In this document: positions 51,166-64,000 of the stretch, piece by piece
Numbering within the stretch: position 1 is the stretch's first letter
Layout of the letters: every line of letters starts with the position of its first letter
Assembly (NCBI RefSeq): GCF_000711695.1
Contig: NW_013547015.1
Coordinates: 1 to 64,000, forward strand
Direction of reading: 5' to 3'
Source: Tilletiaria anomala UBC 951
Lineage: Eukaryota
Length of the DNA: 64,000 nucleotides
Made by a program: the position numbers and the translations under genes
Notes under the pieces: generated by a model
The model's input: the letters and a program-made list of their open reading frames with translations, nothing else
What the model was told of the DNA's origin: nothing
Database searches by the model: none

Positions 51166-52828
51166 ATGCAGCTCTCTTCCTTCTCTAGTGTCTCCTCGCT
51201 CGGCTTCTTCGCCGTCCTTCTGTCCATGCTGACCATCTCCGAGACAAGCGCCGCAAAGCGCGGTGGACCCGACACGACGCCGCTCGCACACAAATTTAGC
51301 GGCCACCACCTCAAGCAGCACAACATTGGCATCAGCCACGGCCATGGGAATGCGCACGCTCGTGGCGTCCACAATGATACCAGCGAACACCCTGCAAAAA
51401 CCAAGAGGCTACTGAATATGTCAATTGGAGGCGTACAGCTGCCATACGACAAGTGGGATTTTATGGATAAGAGCGCCAAAGTGTACGGCGTGAATCTGGG
51501 AAAGTGAGTTGCACCACAAGGGAAGCGTCTGTCTCGTCTTCAAACTGACAATTTATTCATTTTTCCTTCCTCAGCCTGTTCCTTCTTGAGCGCTGGATGT
51601 GAGTGCAATGGCTGCAACTATGCCACGAAAGTGGCCAAGTCGCGCGTAATTCACTTTGCCTGTATTGCGGCCTGCGTTGCACACAGGGACGAAGATTGGT
51701 TCACCAGTCATGCTGGAACGGATGTCTACGATATGTGGAACTGGATGAAAAAGCTAGGTCCCGTCGAATCCGCCGCGGCCTTGACAGCGCACTACACCGA
51801 CTTCATTGCCGAGCTCGACCTCGCGTCGCTGATCGCTGCGGGTGCCAACCACGTGCGCATCCCCATGGGCTACTGGTCCTGGATCGACATCAAGGGGAAC
51901 GAGCCGTTTCAGAATAACGGCGAAGTAGCCAAGCTGTCCGAGCTGCTCACCGCACTCTACGCGCACGGCATGTACGCCACGATCGACCTGCACGGCATGC
52001 CTGGCTCGCAATCGACCGACGCGGCGTGCGGACACGCTGCAAGCTCCCCGCAGTGGTTCACACAAGAGAACCAGGACCGCTCAGACCAGATGCTGGAAAA
52101 TGTCATCAACTTCATCAGAACTAGTCCTGTCGGTGCCGTTGTCTCATCCGTCCTCGTCGTCAATGAGCCCTGCGGACCCGTCGGCTGCCACAACGAGCAT
52201 CGTCAGATATTACGCGATTACTACGAGCGGTCGTACAAGAAGCTTAAAGCAGCTAGCATCCCGATGTTCTTCCACTCCGGCTTCGTCCCTGGAGGTTTGC
52301 ATGCCTGGACCGACTTTGTACAAGGCAAGGACCCCAAGTATCTGTGAGTGGTGCTTTCACTTTTTGCACTCAAATCGCATTGAAGGATGTCTGGCTGACC
52401 GGCTCGACCATGCGTGACCTTGTCTGCTACGTAGCATCGGAACTGACAACCCATACCCTGCCGCCTTCCCTCCCAAGTCCAACCAAACGCAGATCTTTAA
52501 GTTGCTCTGCGACATGGTGCAATCGTACACGACGCTCCCCTTCCCCGTCGTTCTCGGCGAGTGGTCCCTCGGCTCGGCCAATCATGACCCGTCGTTCCAG
52601 TACGCATTCTATGCAAACCAAGCTGGAGGATACGCCCGGTCGGCCGGCTCGACGTTCTGGTCGTACGTCGTCAAGCCGACGCACGTCAAGGGTGGCATCG
52701 GCCAGTCTAAGGCTGGCGCACTGCAGTGGTCCTGGAAGGACGCTAATGCCAAGGGAATTGTACCCAGCCCGAAAAATGGAGAGAAGATCCTGTCTTTCTT
52801 TAACACCCTCCTGGATCAGCAATGCTAG
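51166..52828 (+). CDS. Secreted glycoside hydrolase family 5 (exo-beta-1,3-glucanase-like)
   Basis: Signal peptide and KR dibasic sites, then GVNLG.LFLLERW, HVRIPMGYW, IDLHGMPGSQ, the acid/base VNEP, the nucleophile LGEWS and FWSY. Three introns. Confidence 0.9.
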
Positions 52829-53205
52829 CAACTCATCAACCGTCACCCCTTTCTTTTCGTGCAAAGATTCCCCCCCCCCAAACAGCATGCAGCTAGCCTA
52901 CTGTATACTCCATTACGAATACACTTTCTCGCAAATGCAACGCAAGCAATATCCTCCTACCCTCATCGGACAGTCTTAATCATCTCTTTTGTCTCTCGTG
53001 GCTCTCCCCTTTCACATTCTTTCCTGCATCATTTTCGATGGCAATGGAAAATTGTTCTTGTATTCGTTGCACTGCAAATAGTACACTCATGTTTTTCCTT
53101 CGGTCACATGAAACCTTAATGGAAAGTAATGGTGTAGAAAGTGTAGAAGGGTATCCTCGCAAGAGCGCCATATTCCAACCAAGTCACATAACCGTTGAGC
53201 TACAG

Positions 53206-56200
53206 CTAGAGCCAGAGCCTTCGCTTCAGACCCTCCAGGAGCGGCGCAAACAACGATGCGTTCGCTTTGGCTTGTGCGAGGCTGCAATTGCGGAAGCAAG
53301 AAAATTTTGTGGTCAGCTCTCAGCATCCAGTTCAAGCTCAACGGGAAGGAACACACCTCTGAATCGTTTCATCGGTCACGAAAGCCTCTTCGCCGTCCTC
53401 GCAAGCACCGACATCGCGACACTGCTCAACGACCATGCCGACGAGGCGGTCAATCGTCTGACGCGGCGTGAGCACCAGGACCTCGTCATCAGACGATGAC
53501 TTCTGCCTGCCGCGATTGGAACTGGGGTGCCCCCACTTTTGCTGCTCGTTCGTGGCGGCGCTACCTCCGCTTGTCCCGCTCGAACCATTGTTCGTGCTGA
53601 TAGAAAAGTCATTCCCCTCGCTGCGGACAGCGCGAAAAGCGAGAAAGTTCGTCGTTGATGTTTTGGACGGTGGAGGCATGTTGCGGATGGAAGCGTTGTT
53701 GAGCCTGTTCGCACGAGAGAGCGATGAGCACGCTCGGGTTAGCCTAGCATCGCAAGTTGCCATTCCTCACCTCTTCTCCTCAGTCAAGTAAGAGAGGACC
53801 ATGCCCCAATTGTCCTCCGGATGGTACGCTTCATTGGGAGAGATGATGTAAAGCCCCTTTTTGATACCGACAATGTCGCCGATCAGGATCCTGGAAAATT
53901 CCGACAGCTTCTCCGAGGTAAAGTCGTAGCCACACGAGTATAGCGCTTTCGGTGTCTGGTAGATAGTAGCGAGATAGAGCACATATGTTAGCGCCAATCC
54001 TCCCACTCGCGCTCGCGGACGCCTGCCCACCAAAAGAACGACCTTCTCCTCGAATTTAGAACCATGGATCTGGCTCGACTCGACGGGCGAGAACAAGGTC
54101 CACCCTCCCAAATGCGTTTCATCTTCGCCGAGCACCATGCTAGCGCACGTCTCGATGGCGCTTGCTCTGACTCGGGCTAGGCGGAAGCTCTCAGCAGGAT
54201 CTTGTGCGGCAAGCTGGTCGTTATAGCGTTCCAGTCCATTCAGACTGAGACCACCATGCACAAAATCAATGACTGTTTGCCGGAAGAAGTCGGTTACGGC
54301 ACCTTGCACCATACGATATACACTGGCGGTCGCGTCGTCTGTGGAGGAAAGTAACCGTGAGCATCAGGCCTTCTTCTGCTTCGCTTTGAAAGAGGTGTTC
54401 ACTCATCATGCCGAAGAAGTTGCGCTTGCCAGTTCTGGTAAAATCGCCCTTTAGCGCCCTGGTGCCTGCGTACGCCTGCGAAATCATGTCTCCATTGTTC
54501 GCCCACGTGTCATTGTAGACGAACTCAAAGTCTTCGTCTTTTGATGTACCTAGTGTCACATCTGCCTTCCCCAACTGAATGCCCAGGACGTGCCGCCCAA
54601 AAGCCGACTGAACGACGTTGGTCCGATCAAGGCAGTCGAGGCAAGAAACGCGGAATGCGCCCATCTGCTTACTCGCGATGGTAATGGCACTGGTCGCATT
54701 TTTCTTCGAGGCCCAAAAGTAGCCCATGCTCTCCATCGTCTCGTGGACATTGCCCAGCAGTTTGCTGACATTTTCAAAGCGCATCGCGGAGCACTCCTTA
54801 TGGAAGTCAAATGCAACGTACTTCACGGAGTCGCCTTTCTTGATGTCCTCCTCCACGCGCTTGCGATATGCCTCGGTGATTTGCCCCTCTTTACCGTGCT
54901 GCTCGGCAAGATTGATGCAAGTCACTTTGCCGTACCGCTGGACCTGTTCGTCAAAGTGCTTAGAGCACGCTTTGACATTATCTGCGTCGCTGCGCTCAAG
55001 AACAGGCGGCGGCTTCATGCTGAACGGGCTCTGGCTCCAGAAGAGTGGAATGCTCCCGCGGAATTGGACAAAGCTGAGCAGATGCGACTGGGTGCCCTTC
55101 CGGGTGAAAGTTATCTGTTCTGTCTCGGTGTAGTTGGCGACCTGTCCTGCGTCATTAATGCCCCTACGCTGATACCGCAAGCCAGCGCGCTCCTTAGACC
55201 GACGCGAAATAATCATCAGTTGGGCTTCAGCATCGTCAGCGGAGGCGGCTTCCGTAACGGCATCCATCGCATCGCCCACGGAACTACCTGGTCCCTCGAG
55301 CGATGCGCGTTGACTGCCAGCTGATGGAATGGGGAGATTCGTTACCTGAAAGTAGCCTTGCATGATCGGAAGGATGTAGGCATGCAAACTGAGGTCGACA
55401 AAGTTTTTCGACAGCGCTTCGTTGTACCAGAATCTCCGATCAACGCGCTTCCATAATGGCAGCAACGGTGAAGGCTCCTGAAAGGGGAGCCCAGCAGTGG
55501 TTGCGCTGTTCCCACAAGTGACGAGAGCGTGTTTTCGCTGCAATGATGTGGTGATGTCCAGATCGTACGAGAACCACATCTCTCCCCTGGCGAAAAGCTT
55601 GGCGGCTTCGCGGACCAGCTTATCCTCCAGCTCAGCCTTGGTCGCTTCGTGCCACTGCTCGTCCGGCGTCAATGCTGGTCCATTCGCATTATCGCTGTTC
55701 GCATCGTCTTCGAGAGCAGATCCGGCTGTGCCATCCTGGTTGGGTAGCTCGACATGAGCTGTACTTCCGCCTTCTGCTGATGGGCATGTCTTGTCTCCCG
55801 GCGCGGTGGCCTGCTCGAGTGAGCTGTTATGGGGTGGAGCATTTTCCCGCTCAGCAAGTGCTGGGTTTCCTTCCGAGATGACTCTTTCCCTCCTAGATGG
55901 GGCCGTCCATGACTTGCCGCGCGCGGGTTTGAGCGTTGCAGCGTAGCTCGATGCAGAGGTGTCGCCGGACTCTGTCAGGCCAGCTAAGAAAGATTCTCGT
56001 GCCACAAGCGAGGGCGTGAGGACTTCATCTTTCTGAACATCTTCACCATCACTATCGTCCGATTCGGAGCTGCTTGTGTCTCCAGACCCTTGATTAGCCA
56101 TTGCTTGACGGGCGTTTTCTGCCTTCAAGATAGGCAGCGCCATATCATGCGACAGTGGTATGGCTAAGACGCCAGAACAGCGGTAGATGGGGAGGGACGC

Positions 56201-56722
56201 ATGGAAAAAGTCTCCAGCGTGAGAGCGACTAGTAATGACTAGTAGATACGCGTCTGGCAATAGCACACTGCTTTCAGCTTGAACGTCTTCCAACCAACCA
56301 GTCCTGCTGTAATGCTCACAATTGAATACTCTCATGATACCAACGATTCCGAAAGCTTGAATTTCTGCATCTTCTGTTGCCGAATCTAGCAGCGACTTGA
56401 TCTCTCTGCCGGCCACCTGTTCAATTTTCGCATCCCTATTCCACGCCAGCTTGATCGCTGCGGGGGTTGTTACGACCTTGTGCTCAAGGCTGCCGCCGCT
56501 ACCGCAGCCGCTTGAAGAGCTCTGTTGGTGTTGGTGCTGGGGGGTGCTTACATTCGAATGCAACTTGGGCGCTACCACGAGCCCGGACGGTGTTGCATGG
56601 ATCGTCAGCCGCCGTTCAGGCGAGGGCTGCGAAATGTCGGGTGTGGAATGGGAGCTGCTGCTACTGCTGAACCCGGTCGCCACAGACGATCGTCGGCTAG
56701 AGCGCCCAAAGATGGCCTTCAT
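53206..56722 (-). CDS. SAC-domain phosphoinositide phosphatase with a C-terminal hSac2 domain (INPP5F/Sac2-like)
   Basis: Motifs ISRRSKERAGLRYQRRG, RGSIPLFWSQ, FDFHKEC, the catalytic CLDCLDRT and YAGTRALKGDFTRTG. The last exon encodes ...LLEGLKRRLWL* (stop at 53206). Confidence 0.88.
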
Positions 56723-57501
56723 GGTGTCTGCGCCTGACCCGAACCTGGGCCTCGGCGTCAAGCGGTAATGCTGCTTCGATATCACCTTCCACCCCTTCTA
56801 CATGCGGTGTCGATCGCCATGAAGGGAAGGCACCATGTACCATCGAGACGATCATCATGATACCATTGCCCCCTGAGAGGAAAGACTCGAGCTAGCAACA
56901 ACTGGTAGACACTGGCCTGGTGCCTTTGAAGTGGGATTGCTCGAATGCGGGGATCGTGCACGTCTGGTTCGTTCAAAATCCACTCTACACGCGACTCATT
57001 TCTTGTTATTTTCATTGTCACCTTCTATCCCGGGTAACGCCAATGCTGGATAGTGCAAAAGCAGGACCACATCTTGCTTTGGTTCCAGGACATGGCGAGT
57101 CCTGCCATTATGGGTTAGCGTTCGGAATCAGACTGCATCGTCCACAGATTTGCGGTCGGCTGCTAGATATCGGATGCTTTGGACGAGGCTACCCCTGATC
57201 CCACATTTCAAAGGCAACAACTGTTCGGGTTCCTACTCCAAGTAGTGACCAAGGCGTCAGGTACTGAAAAGGGTGAACAGTCACCGTGGACACGTGGGAA
57301 GTTCTTATCCTCATCAATGAGGTATCAAATTTTTCCAAGTGAGCAACATGGGCCATTTTGCGGGAGCGGCTGTCGCCCAGAAGATGTCGTGGCAGATCAA
57401 CGCCCAGTCAGATCAAGTTCTAACACGAAGTGAAGTCCGGAGTCACGTGTGTGTCCCCAAAGGAGCTCTCTGAATTTTGTCTGATACTTTATAATGAACG
57501 T

Positions 57502-60169
57502 TCAAACATCCACCTGGCTCTGCTGATGACTCAATCGAATGTTGATGGCATCATTGATGATCTTAAAACAAGGCAGGTGGTTGTGAGGGAGTTGGCTTGA
57601 GCGGTGAAACAGAGAGCACGGAAAGCACGACATGTGATTACACACCTGATCAACGTCCAGTGGAGGCAGAGAAGAGAGCATCGACTTGGTCTCGGACTGA
57701 TCCAGCTCCTCTAGCGGGTCGCGGCTGTTCATCAGAATCGCAATGCACACGTACAGGTGCAAGTCGAGGAAGTCAGGCATGGCAAAGTACGTGTCTGCAG
57801 CAGCGGTAGTCCCGTTAGCGTGGATGCATCATCATGACGTCCAAGTAGCTCTGAGGCTAATAAAGCAAGAGATGAGGAAGACAAGACTCACCCCAAAGCC
57901 TCATCAAGTCAGGCATGCGCATCTCTTTCGCCAGCAGGTTCTGCAACCATTTGCTCGCGAACCCGACAACGTCGACCTCCTCCTCGTCAAAGTACGCGAA
58001 CAGCTCTGGTAGCGTGGCGCGGAACAAAGTCAAGAACGTAGCAATGCGAGACGCAAGTGGCACGCGCTTGTTATGCTCTTCTGTAATACGTGGCGAGAAA
58101 AACATTCTTCGTATGTCAGTGAGAGGCGCAAGTGTATCAAACAACAGGAATACAGCGCACTCACCGATCAAGCTCATGAGCTTCTCAAATGCAAAGTACA
58201 TGGATGCTTCCACCTTCATGCATTGTACAAACGGGACGCAAAGATAGACGAGAGCCGGATGAAATTGCACCGGGTATGCGACGGCCATGTAGCGCTCCTG
58301 CTGCTGTTCCGTCAGTAGATGTTGCTCTTGCTGTCGTGCATGCGCCCGTTGCACAGGCGGCACCAACTGCTCTGGTGCAGCCGAGGTAGCAGCACCGCCT
58401 GCAGCATTATCATTACCCTTTTCTTGAGGGCTGTCATGCGGACGCACGGCAACGTGGAAGAAACGCGGCAGCGCGGTAAAATCATCGTGTTGCATATTCG
58501 CACGGCCCCTTTGTATCGTGCCACCTAGCATCGAACCACGTCCGTTTCCAACTTCATACTCTCTCCCATTTAATAATGGATCTGATGTTGAGGACCTAGA
58601 TTCGCTGCGCTGGTGCTCAGGTTCGTGCGCCTGTGTTTGGGATGACTGCTGCAAACGATGCTTATGATGTTGAAAGGCGGAAGTAGCTGGTGTGTGTGGC
58701 GTGGTGCGCTGTATAGACCAGTCGAGATCCATATCATCACCCTCCCTCTCTGCGAGTGTGCTGTTGCCTGTCTCGTGTTCCAGCTCATCATTTGCGCCTC
58801 TCGCTCTATCTGAATCGAAGCTTGAGCCTCCGATCAAGCTGGCCTGGGCATTAAATCGCTCTTTTTGCTCCTTTGCATCCTGTGCCATGTCGTGTGAGTG
58901 CTGCTGCGGTTGAGAACATGACAGTGACGGTCCATATGAGCTCGGGCTCATGGAGGAAGATCTCGAGCGTAGATGGGATTGAAGAGCCTGCTGGCGGTGG
59001 GCTGTGACAGGTGTGCGCGCGCTGAGTTCCGACATTTGTTCAGGTCGTCTCAAATGGTCCCTGCCGTTATCCCCACCGAGCCTCAATGAACCACCTTGCA
59101 AGCTAGTCTTGGAACTCGCAGAGTCGCTTCGGTCACGTGGGGGAGTCGCAGCTGCCGGCCGTCCTTGCGACTGGTTTCCTCCAGACGCAAGCTCCTGTTC
59201 AAGGCGCATGCGTTTTTCATGTGCCAGCTGCAGCTTCCACGCCATGCGATTAAGAAAGGCACAAACGACATTGTCGACGTTGTCACAGAAGCGTTGCTTG
59301 ATTTCTTCACTGGCTGCAGCTGCAGCCGTGGAGGAAGCTGATGCCGATGCTAATGATAGCCCTGCGGCCGCTGTTGGCGACCGGGGAGGATAAGCAACAC
59401 TAGGAGAAGACGAAGCTCGAGCACACTGCCTTGACGGCTCTGCCACCGCATCGGTATCAGCTTCGCTTGTATACTTGGGCCACCGGTCAAACTCAGGGTC
59501 TGTGATTATGTGCTGATACGGATGGTGAAAGCGATGTTGATCTTCCTCGCCCGCATCCAGATCAACCGGTGTTACTGCACTCCTGCCAGAGCTGTTGAAG
59601 AACCGTGCGCCTGACATTTCCAAGGTCTTCGCCAAAGGGTGATCTTGAAGGACTGTGGGCGCAGTCAGCGGCGTTGGTGGCCCGGCGGCGCTATCAGCTG
59701 GTGCGTGGATGGGTTTGACAAGGTTGTCCCCGCCATCACTGACGTGGCTACCTTGTGTAATATACAGCTGCTTCCCAGTTTGTAGTGCAGGTTTGGCCAT
59801 TTGTGCCCCAGTATGTTCATGGTGCAGCTTGCTCCTAGCCGCAATCTTGTGCGAGCTCTTGACAAGCCTGCGGTCCGGGGGCGGCCTCCAAGCGAGCCTG
59901 GTCTTGTAGAACTTCTCGCTCTCAGTATGGATGGACTTGTGAATGAATGGATTCTTGTTGTGCATGCCCTCGTACTCAAGAAATTTGCTGCGGACCGAGG
60001 TCATCTCTTGCGACTTGTCGCTGGAAAGGACACCGAGAAGGTAGAGCCAAACCTCGCCACGGACGGAGGGCTGGACCCCATGACGAGCGTAGGCTCGCAG
60101 CTTGGGTAGGTCCACATGCTGTTCTGCATTGAGCAGCTCGATGTACTCTTCGACTGTTGCGCCTGACAT
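57502..60169 (-). CDS. TBC (Rab-GAP) domain protein with a large low-complexity insert
   Basis: N-terminal LRAYARHGVQPSVRGEVWLYLLG and C-terminal LFRATLPELFAYF...FASKWLQNLL...LMRLWDTYF...YVCIAIL. Three 3' introns. Confidence 0.8.
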
Positions 60170-60503
60170 TGTTTCCGTCAGTCGGTGCCCGTACGAGCTG
60201 GTCCGCAGGTGGCCTGTTCGTCATCGACGACGCTGACCGAAACAGCAGCGAGAGAAGACAGGGACTGCTGCCGCCATCTCTCACACCTCAGCGCCTCACC
60301 GCAGCCTCATGGTCGGCGAGGGTACGAGAATGCAACGCCTTCAGACCACATCACAAACCCACACGTCTATGGGCTGCTGACGGTCATGTTTTGTTCAAGC
60401 TCTCACTACATCAAGTCGATCCTTTTGGAATTTGGATCCTGCAGTCAAGCGCATTTGCCGCAGCTCATTAAGTTGAGACTCTCACGAGCATGGGCATGTG
60501 GAG

Positions 60504-60523
60504 CCCGGGACCCGGGACCCGGG
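60504..60523. repeat. Short tandem (CCCGGGA)x~3 in the TBC/PHO81 divergent region
   Basis: The sequence reads cccggga-cccggga-cccggg. Confidence 0.6.
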
Positions 60524-61129
60524 GTTCGGCACCCGTTCAGGATGAAGTTGGAACGTGCGCACCTAATGAATCATTGAATTCAAGTCGCTATCAGCCTGTC
60601 GCACATCCATTTGAATCACTTGGATTGCACCCATGGAGGGCAAAGGATACATGCTCTCCAGTTAAAGCAGACACCGTTCAGCTGCATGAAGGCCGGACAC
60701 CTCTTCACGGTGCATGCGATAGAGCTTACGTATACATCGACATTGGTGGCTGTTTTGCCTTGCTTGGGAGAAACCACCACGGAAATATGTGGTGAGCCCG
60801 GACAAGCGGGTTGACGAGTCTATTTTCGCCACACGAGCTCGCCGTCCGGTGAATCCACCTTTCACCTCTTCCGTCGGCGCCTTCTGGGATCTCCGGCCGC
60901 ATGCGAAGACTAATATCGAAACGACAGGAAAAGCTAGTTGAATCACCCCCGGTTGAATTGCCGCCTCCGCGCCGAATTGTGAAGCATTCAGTATTCAATT
61001 TGTATTCGACGTCGCTGCTCTATTTGCAAGAAAGAAAAGCTTCAGGGTGCCGTTTGCATTCCGTCTCCCTTCAAGGCAAACATAATATTTTCACCATTCT
61101 TCCAGAACCAATCCTAACAGCCGCCCAAG

Positions 61130-64000
61130 ATGAAGTTTGGCAAGCAGATCCTGTCCCAGCAGATCTCCGGCTGGGGGTCCTACTACTTGGACTACAAATT
61201 CCTCAAGAAAATCATCAACTCGCTTGAAAAGGGCCGAATCACGGATGCAGCGCTTCTTGCGACCGGCATGCGGCCGGGTCCAAAGGTAGCATCGGAACAA
61301 GGTGGTCGGCTTGAAAGTGACGGCCAGCAGGGAGAGGCACCTTCTGAAGTAGACAGAGAAGCTGCAGAAGCTGTTGCCACGCAGATCCTCATCGGTGGCC
61401 ACCATGGTGGAGATGGATCCGACGAGCTCAAGCTGCACAAGGCTGCATTTTTCTTCAAGCTAGAAAGAGAACTTGAAAAGGCGAGTTTTCAGTTCATGTT
61501 CTCAAAGAAGCGGCAGCCTTCTAACGTGCCCTAGACCACTTTTGCAGATCAATGCCTTCTACCTGCAAAAGGAAGCTGAGCTCAAGGAGCGACTCCGTAC
61601 ATTAATCGAGACACGACGCCTCATCTTCCAATCAAGGAACATGGGCAAGCTGTCCAAATCGTCACCGAGCTTTGTTGCACTCTACGAAGGATTCCGTTAC
61701 TTCGAAAAGGACTTGTCCAAGGTACAGCAATTCATCGAGATCAACGCGATTGGCTTCCGCAAGATCCTCAAAAAGTGGGACAAGAGGAGCAAGTCGCAGA
61801 CAAAAGAGCTGTACCTTGCCAGACAGGTCGATGTGCAGCCGTGCTTCAATCGAGAATTCATCGCGGAGATGTCTGACCTGGCGGCTGCCAACCTGCTCGA
61901 GCTGGAGAACCACACGGACACGAGGCTGCTGAGTAGCCGAGGGGGCGAAGGTGCGAACGGCATCATCACAAACTGCAGTCTGTCAGGCAGTGGCGAAAGA
62001 CTCGACTTCGCAGCCGCATGTGAGCAGCACCAACACGATGACGCACTATCGGACCTCGAAGCGAATCTGCGCTCTGCCGTGCGCTCTGGTCGCACCGAAG
62101 CAGCGCACGAGATGGTGCGTATCTGCGAGCAGAATGAAGACCGCACCAATGTCTCGCGCATCGTCTGGGACGCCTTACTGCGTGCGCCGCAAGATTCGAT
62201 CAAAAAGGTCCTCGATGCCAAGATTCCCGATTTCACCTTTGTGGACGACATTAACCATCGGACTGGCCTGCACGAAGCGGCTCTCGCGGGGAGCGTCTCG
62301 CTCGTCCGTGCTGCTATCGCTAATGGCGTCGATGTCAGTGCGCGTGATATCTACGGCCGGACAGCCGTCTCGTATGCTGCGCTCAACGGGAACGCAGAGG
62401 TTTGCCAGTACCTACTCTCGCTTCCTAATGTCGATGCGGCTGCTGTCGACCTCGACGGCTTCTCTCCGCTCGTCCTGGCCGTCATGAATGGCCGAACGGA
62501 TGTTGTGCACATTCTGCTCGAGCATGGCGTCAAGGTCGACCCGCTGGAAAGCTCCGAACTCATTCCTCTTTGTCTCGCCTCGCAAGGCGGCCACGCGAAG
62601 ATCACGCAGCTCCTCCTCTCTGCAGGTGCCAAGATTTTGCAGAACGCAGAGGGACTGACGCCACAGGCACTAGCGGCAAGGCAAGGCCATGATGACTGTT
62701 TACGTCTTCTCCTCGATGCCAAAGCGGACTGCAACGTTGTCGAGAAGGGCGCTCTGTGGACGCCGATTTTCTTTGCAGCTGAGAATGGGCATGTCAAGTG
62801 CATCAGGACGCTGCTCCAATACGGTGCCAAGGTGCATGTGGTGGATGAAAAGGGAAAAAACGCGGCGTTCTACGCGGCTTGGAATGGAAAAGCGGAGTGT
62901 CTCTTATTGTTGCTCGAGGCCGTTGTTAGGCAGGGCGATACGGGAGATGGAATGGATGCGGCAACGGCTGGGCAGGCAGGGGTATCGAAAGCGTCAACTG
63001 CATCGCAGCGGCCTAAAGCGACGAATCAAGATGTAGACGACATGAACCTGGATGAGGACATCGACGGTATTCCATCGCTTTCGCTGCCTCCGCCGATCAT
63101 TCCCTTCCGCACATACGGACACAACTACCTCGATAAGCACACCCTCGTCTCTGTTTGCCTGACCAACTCATCGGTAAAGCTCTACAAGCAGAATGACACC
63201 AATCGTCCTGAGCAGTTTCCAACCTCCTCTCTCAAGCTCGTGATGAGCTCACGTCCAGACGTGGCCTCCGCATCCGTGATACCGCACAATATCAGTCTGC
63301 CCCTCGCAGAAGATAACGAGGTGTTTTCTTTCCAAGTTGACAATCTCGAAAAGTTCTCCATCGAATGGGAACTGATGCCGACTTTCGGATCTAAGGTTAT
63401 CGGCAAGGCTGTCGCGCTGCCCAGCTCCTTCGAGGGGATGAAGGAGAGGAAGCGCTTTGTCTTGCCTTTGCAGGATATCTACCTGAACGTCGTCGGGGAA
63501 GTGTCGTTCGAGCTCGATTTCGTCAAGCCTTTCGATAGCGTGCAGCTTGAGATTGGTGGCCGTGTTGAGACGTACTGGAAATCCATGCTGCCAAGCGCTG
63601 CGAATCCACCGACAATTCCTGCTAGCGTCAGGATGACGCCCAACGCCGTAGCGACGAATGGCCAATTAGCTACCACAACGGCATCCTCTGCTTCCACTTC
63701 GGCAACGACAGCCATCGCGGGAAGTCAACAGAACTCGCCCCTGTGCGCCGTTCACGGAGCCAATGCGCTGGGTGCTGCAATCAGCTCCTCCGGTGGCGTC
63801 ATGGGCCAGACGAGCTTTGTCACGGCCTCGTCGCTTTCAGGGGAGTATCTCCGTGTTGCAGTGCAAGTAACGCGGGATGATGTACCGATCGTGCTGGCAA
63901 GCGATACGCTGCCTGTTGCGGGTCTGGACGTGTACACGGGTAGTGTCAGCGGAGCGCAGGTTGACGAGCTGGCGAGAGTGACTGGCAAGCAGCTCAAGGT
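61130..64000 (+). CDS. PHO81: SPX-ankyrin-GDPD CDK inhibitor Pho81/Nuc-2, 3' end runs off the window
   Basis: Motifs MKFGKQI...YLDYKFLKKII, FFFKLERELEK|INAFYLQKE, GFRKILKKWDKRSK, ankyrin repeats and IPSLSLPPPIIPFRTYGHNYLD. Intron 61481-61547. The frame stays open to the window end. Confidence 0.92.

Noticed and set aside
57291..57449. Two CACGTG (Pho4/bHLH-like) boxes
   Set aside because: They are not in the PHO81 promoter, and a 6-mer at this frequency is compatible with chance.
23118..60169. Apparent clustering of trafficking and phosphoinositide genes (SEC7, STT4, SEC9, SAC, TBC)
   Set aside because: They are interspersed with unrelated housekeeping genes and belong to a large functional class. 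There is no evidence of co-regulation without synteny data.

Overview
A gene-dense, intron-rich fungal chromosomal segment. It has GT-AG introns with CTRAC-type branch points, and the gene content resembles a basidiomycete, probably a smut-like Ustilaginomycotina (inferred). I can reconstruct 20 protein-coding genes and one intron-containing tRNA-Val(AAC). In order: GAA1 (truncated at the left edge), tRNA-Val, an Apc15-like gene, a conserved hypothetical, a LIM/paxillin-like gene, a mitochondrial protein, an FSH1-type serine hydrolase, a non-reducing polyketide synthase, RRP8, SEC7, STT4, PDB1, RUB1/NEDD8, a GT90 glycosyltransferase, a peroxisomal CcP-like peroxidase, IPP1, SEC9, a secreted GH5, a SAC/hSac2 phosphatase, a degenerate TBC protein and PHO81 (truncated at the right edge). 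The most unusual element is a two-gene secondary-metabolite island among housekeeping genes. Its ~1,900-aa NR-PKS has intact KS, AT, PT and TE catalytic motifs but no acyl-carrier (ACP) domain, and it is divergently paired with an FSH1/LovG-like esterase. Other leads: a ~290-nt highly self-complementary non-coding element beside the tRNA, a possible poison or alternative exon in the long RUB1 intron, a two-ATG dual-targeting design in IPP1, a TBC protein lacking both catalytic fingers, and a GC-AG intron in PHO81. All assignments come from motif recognition by eye; no searches were run.
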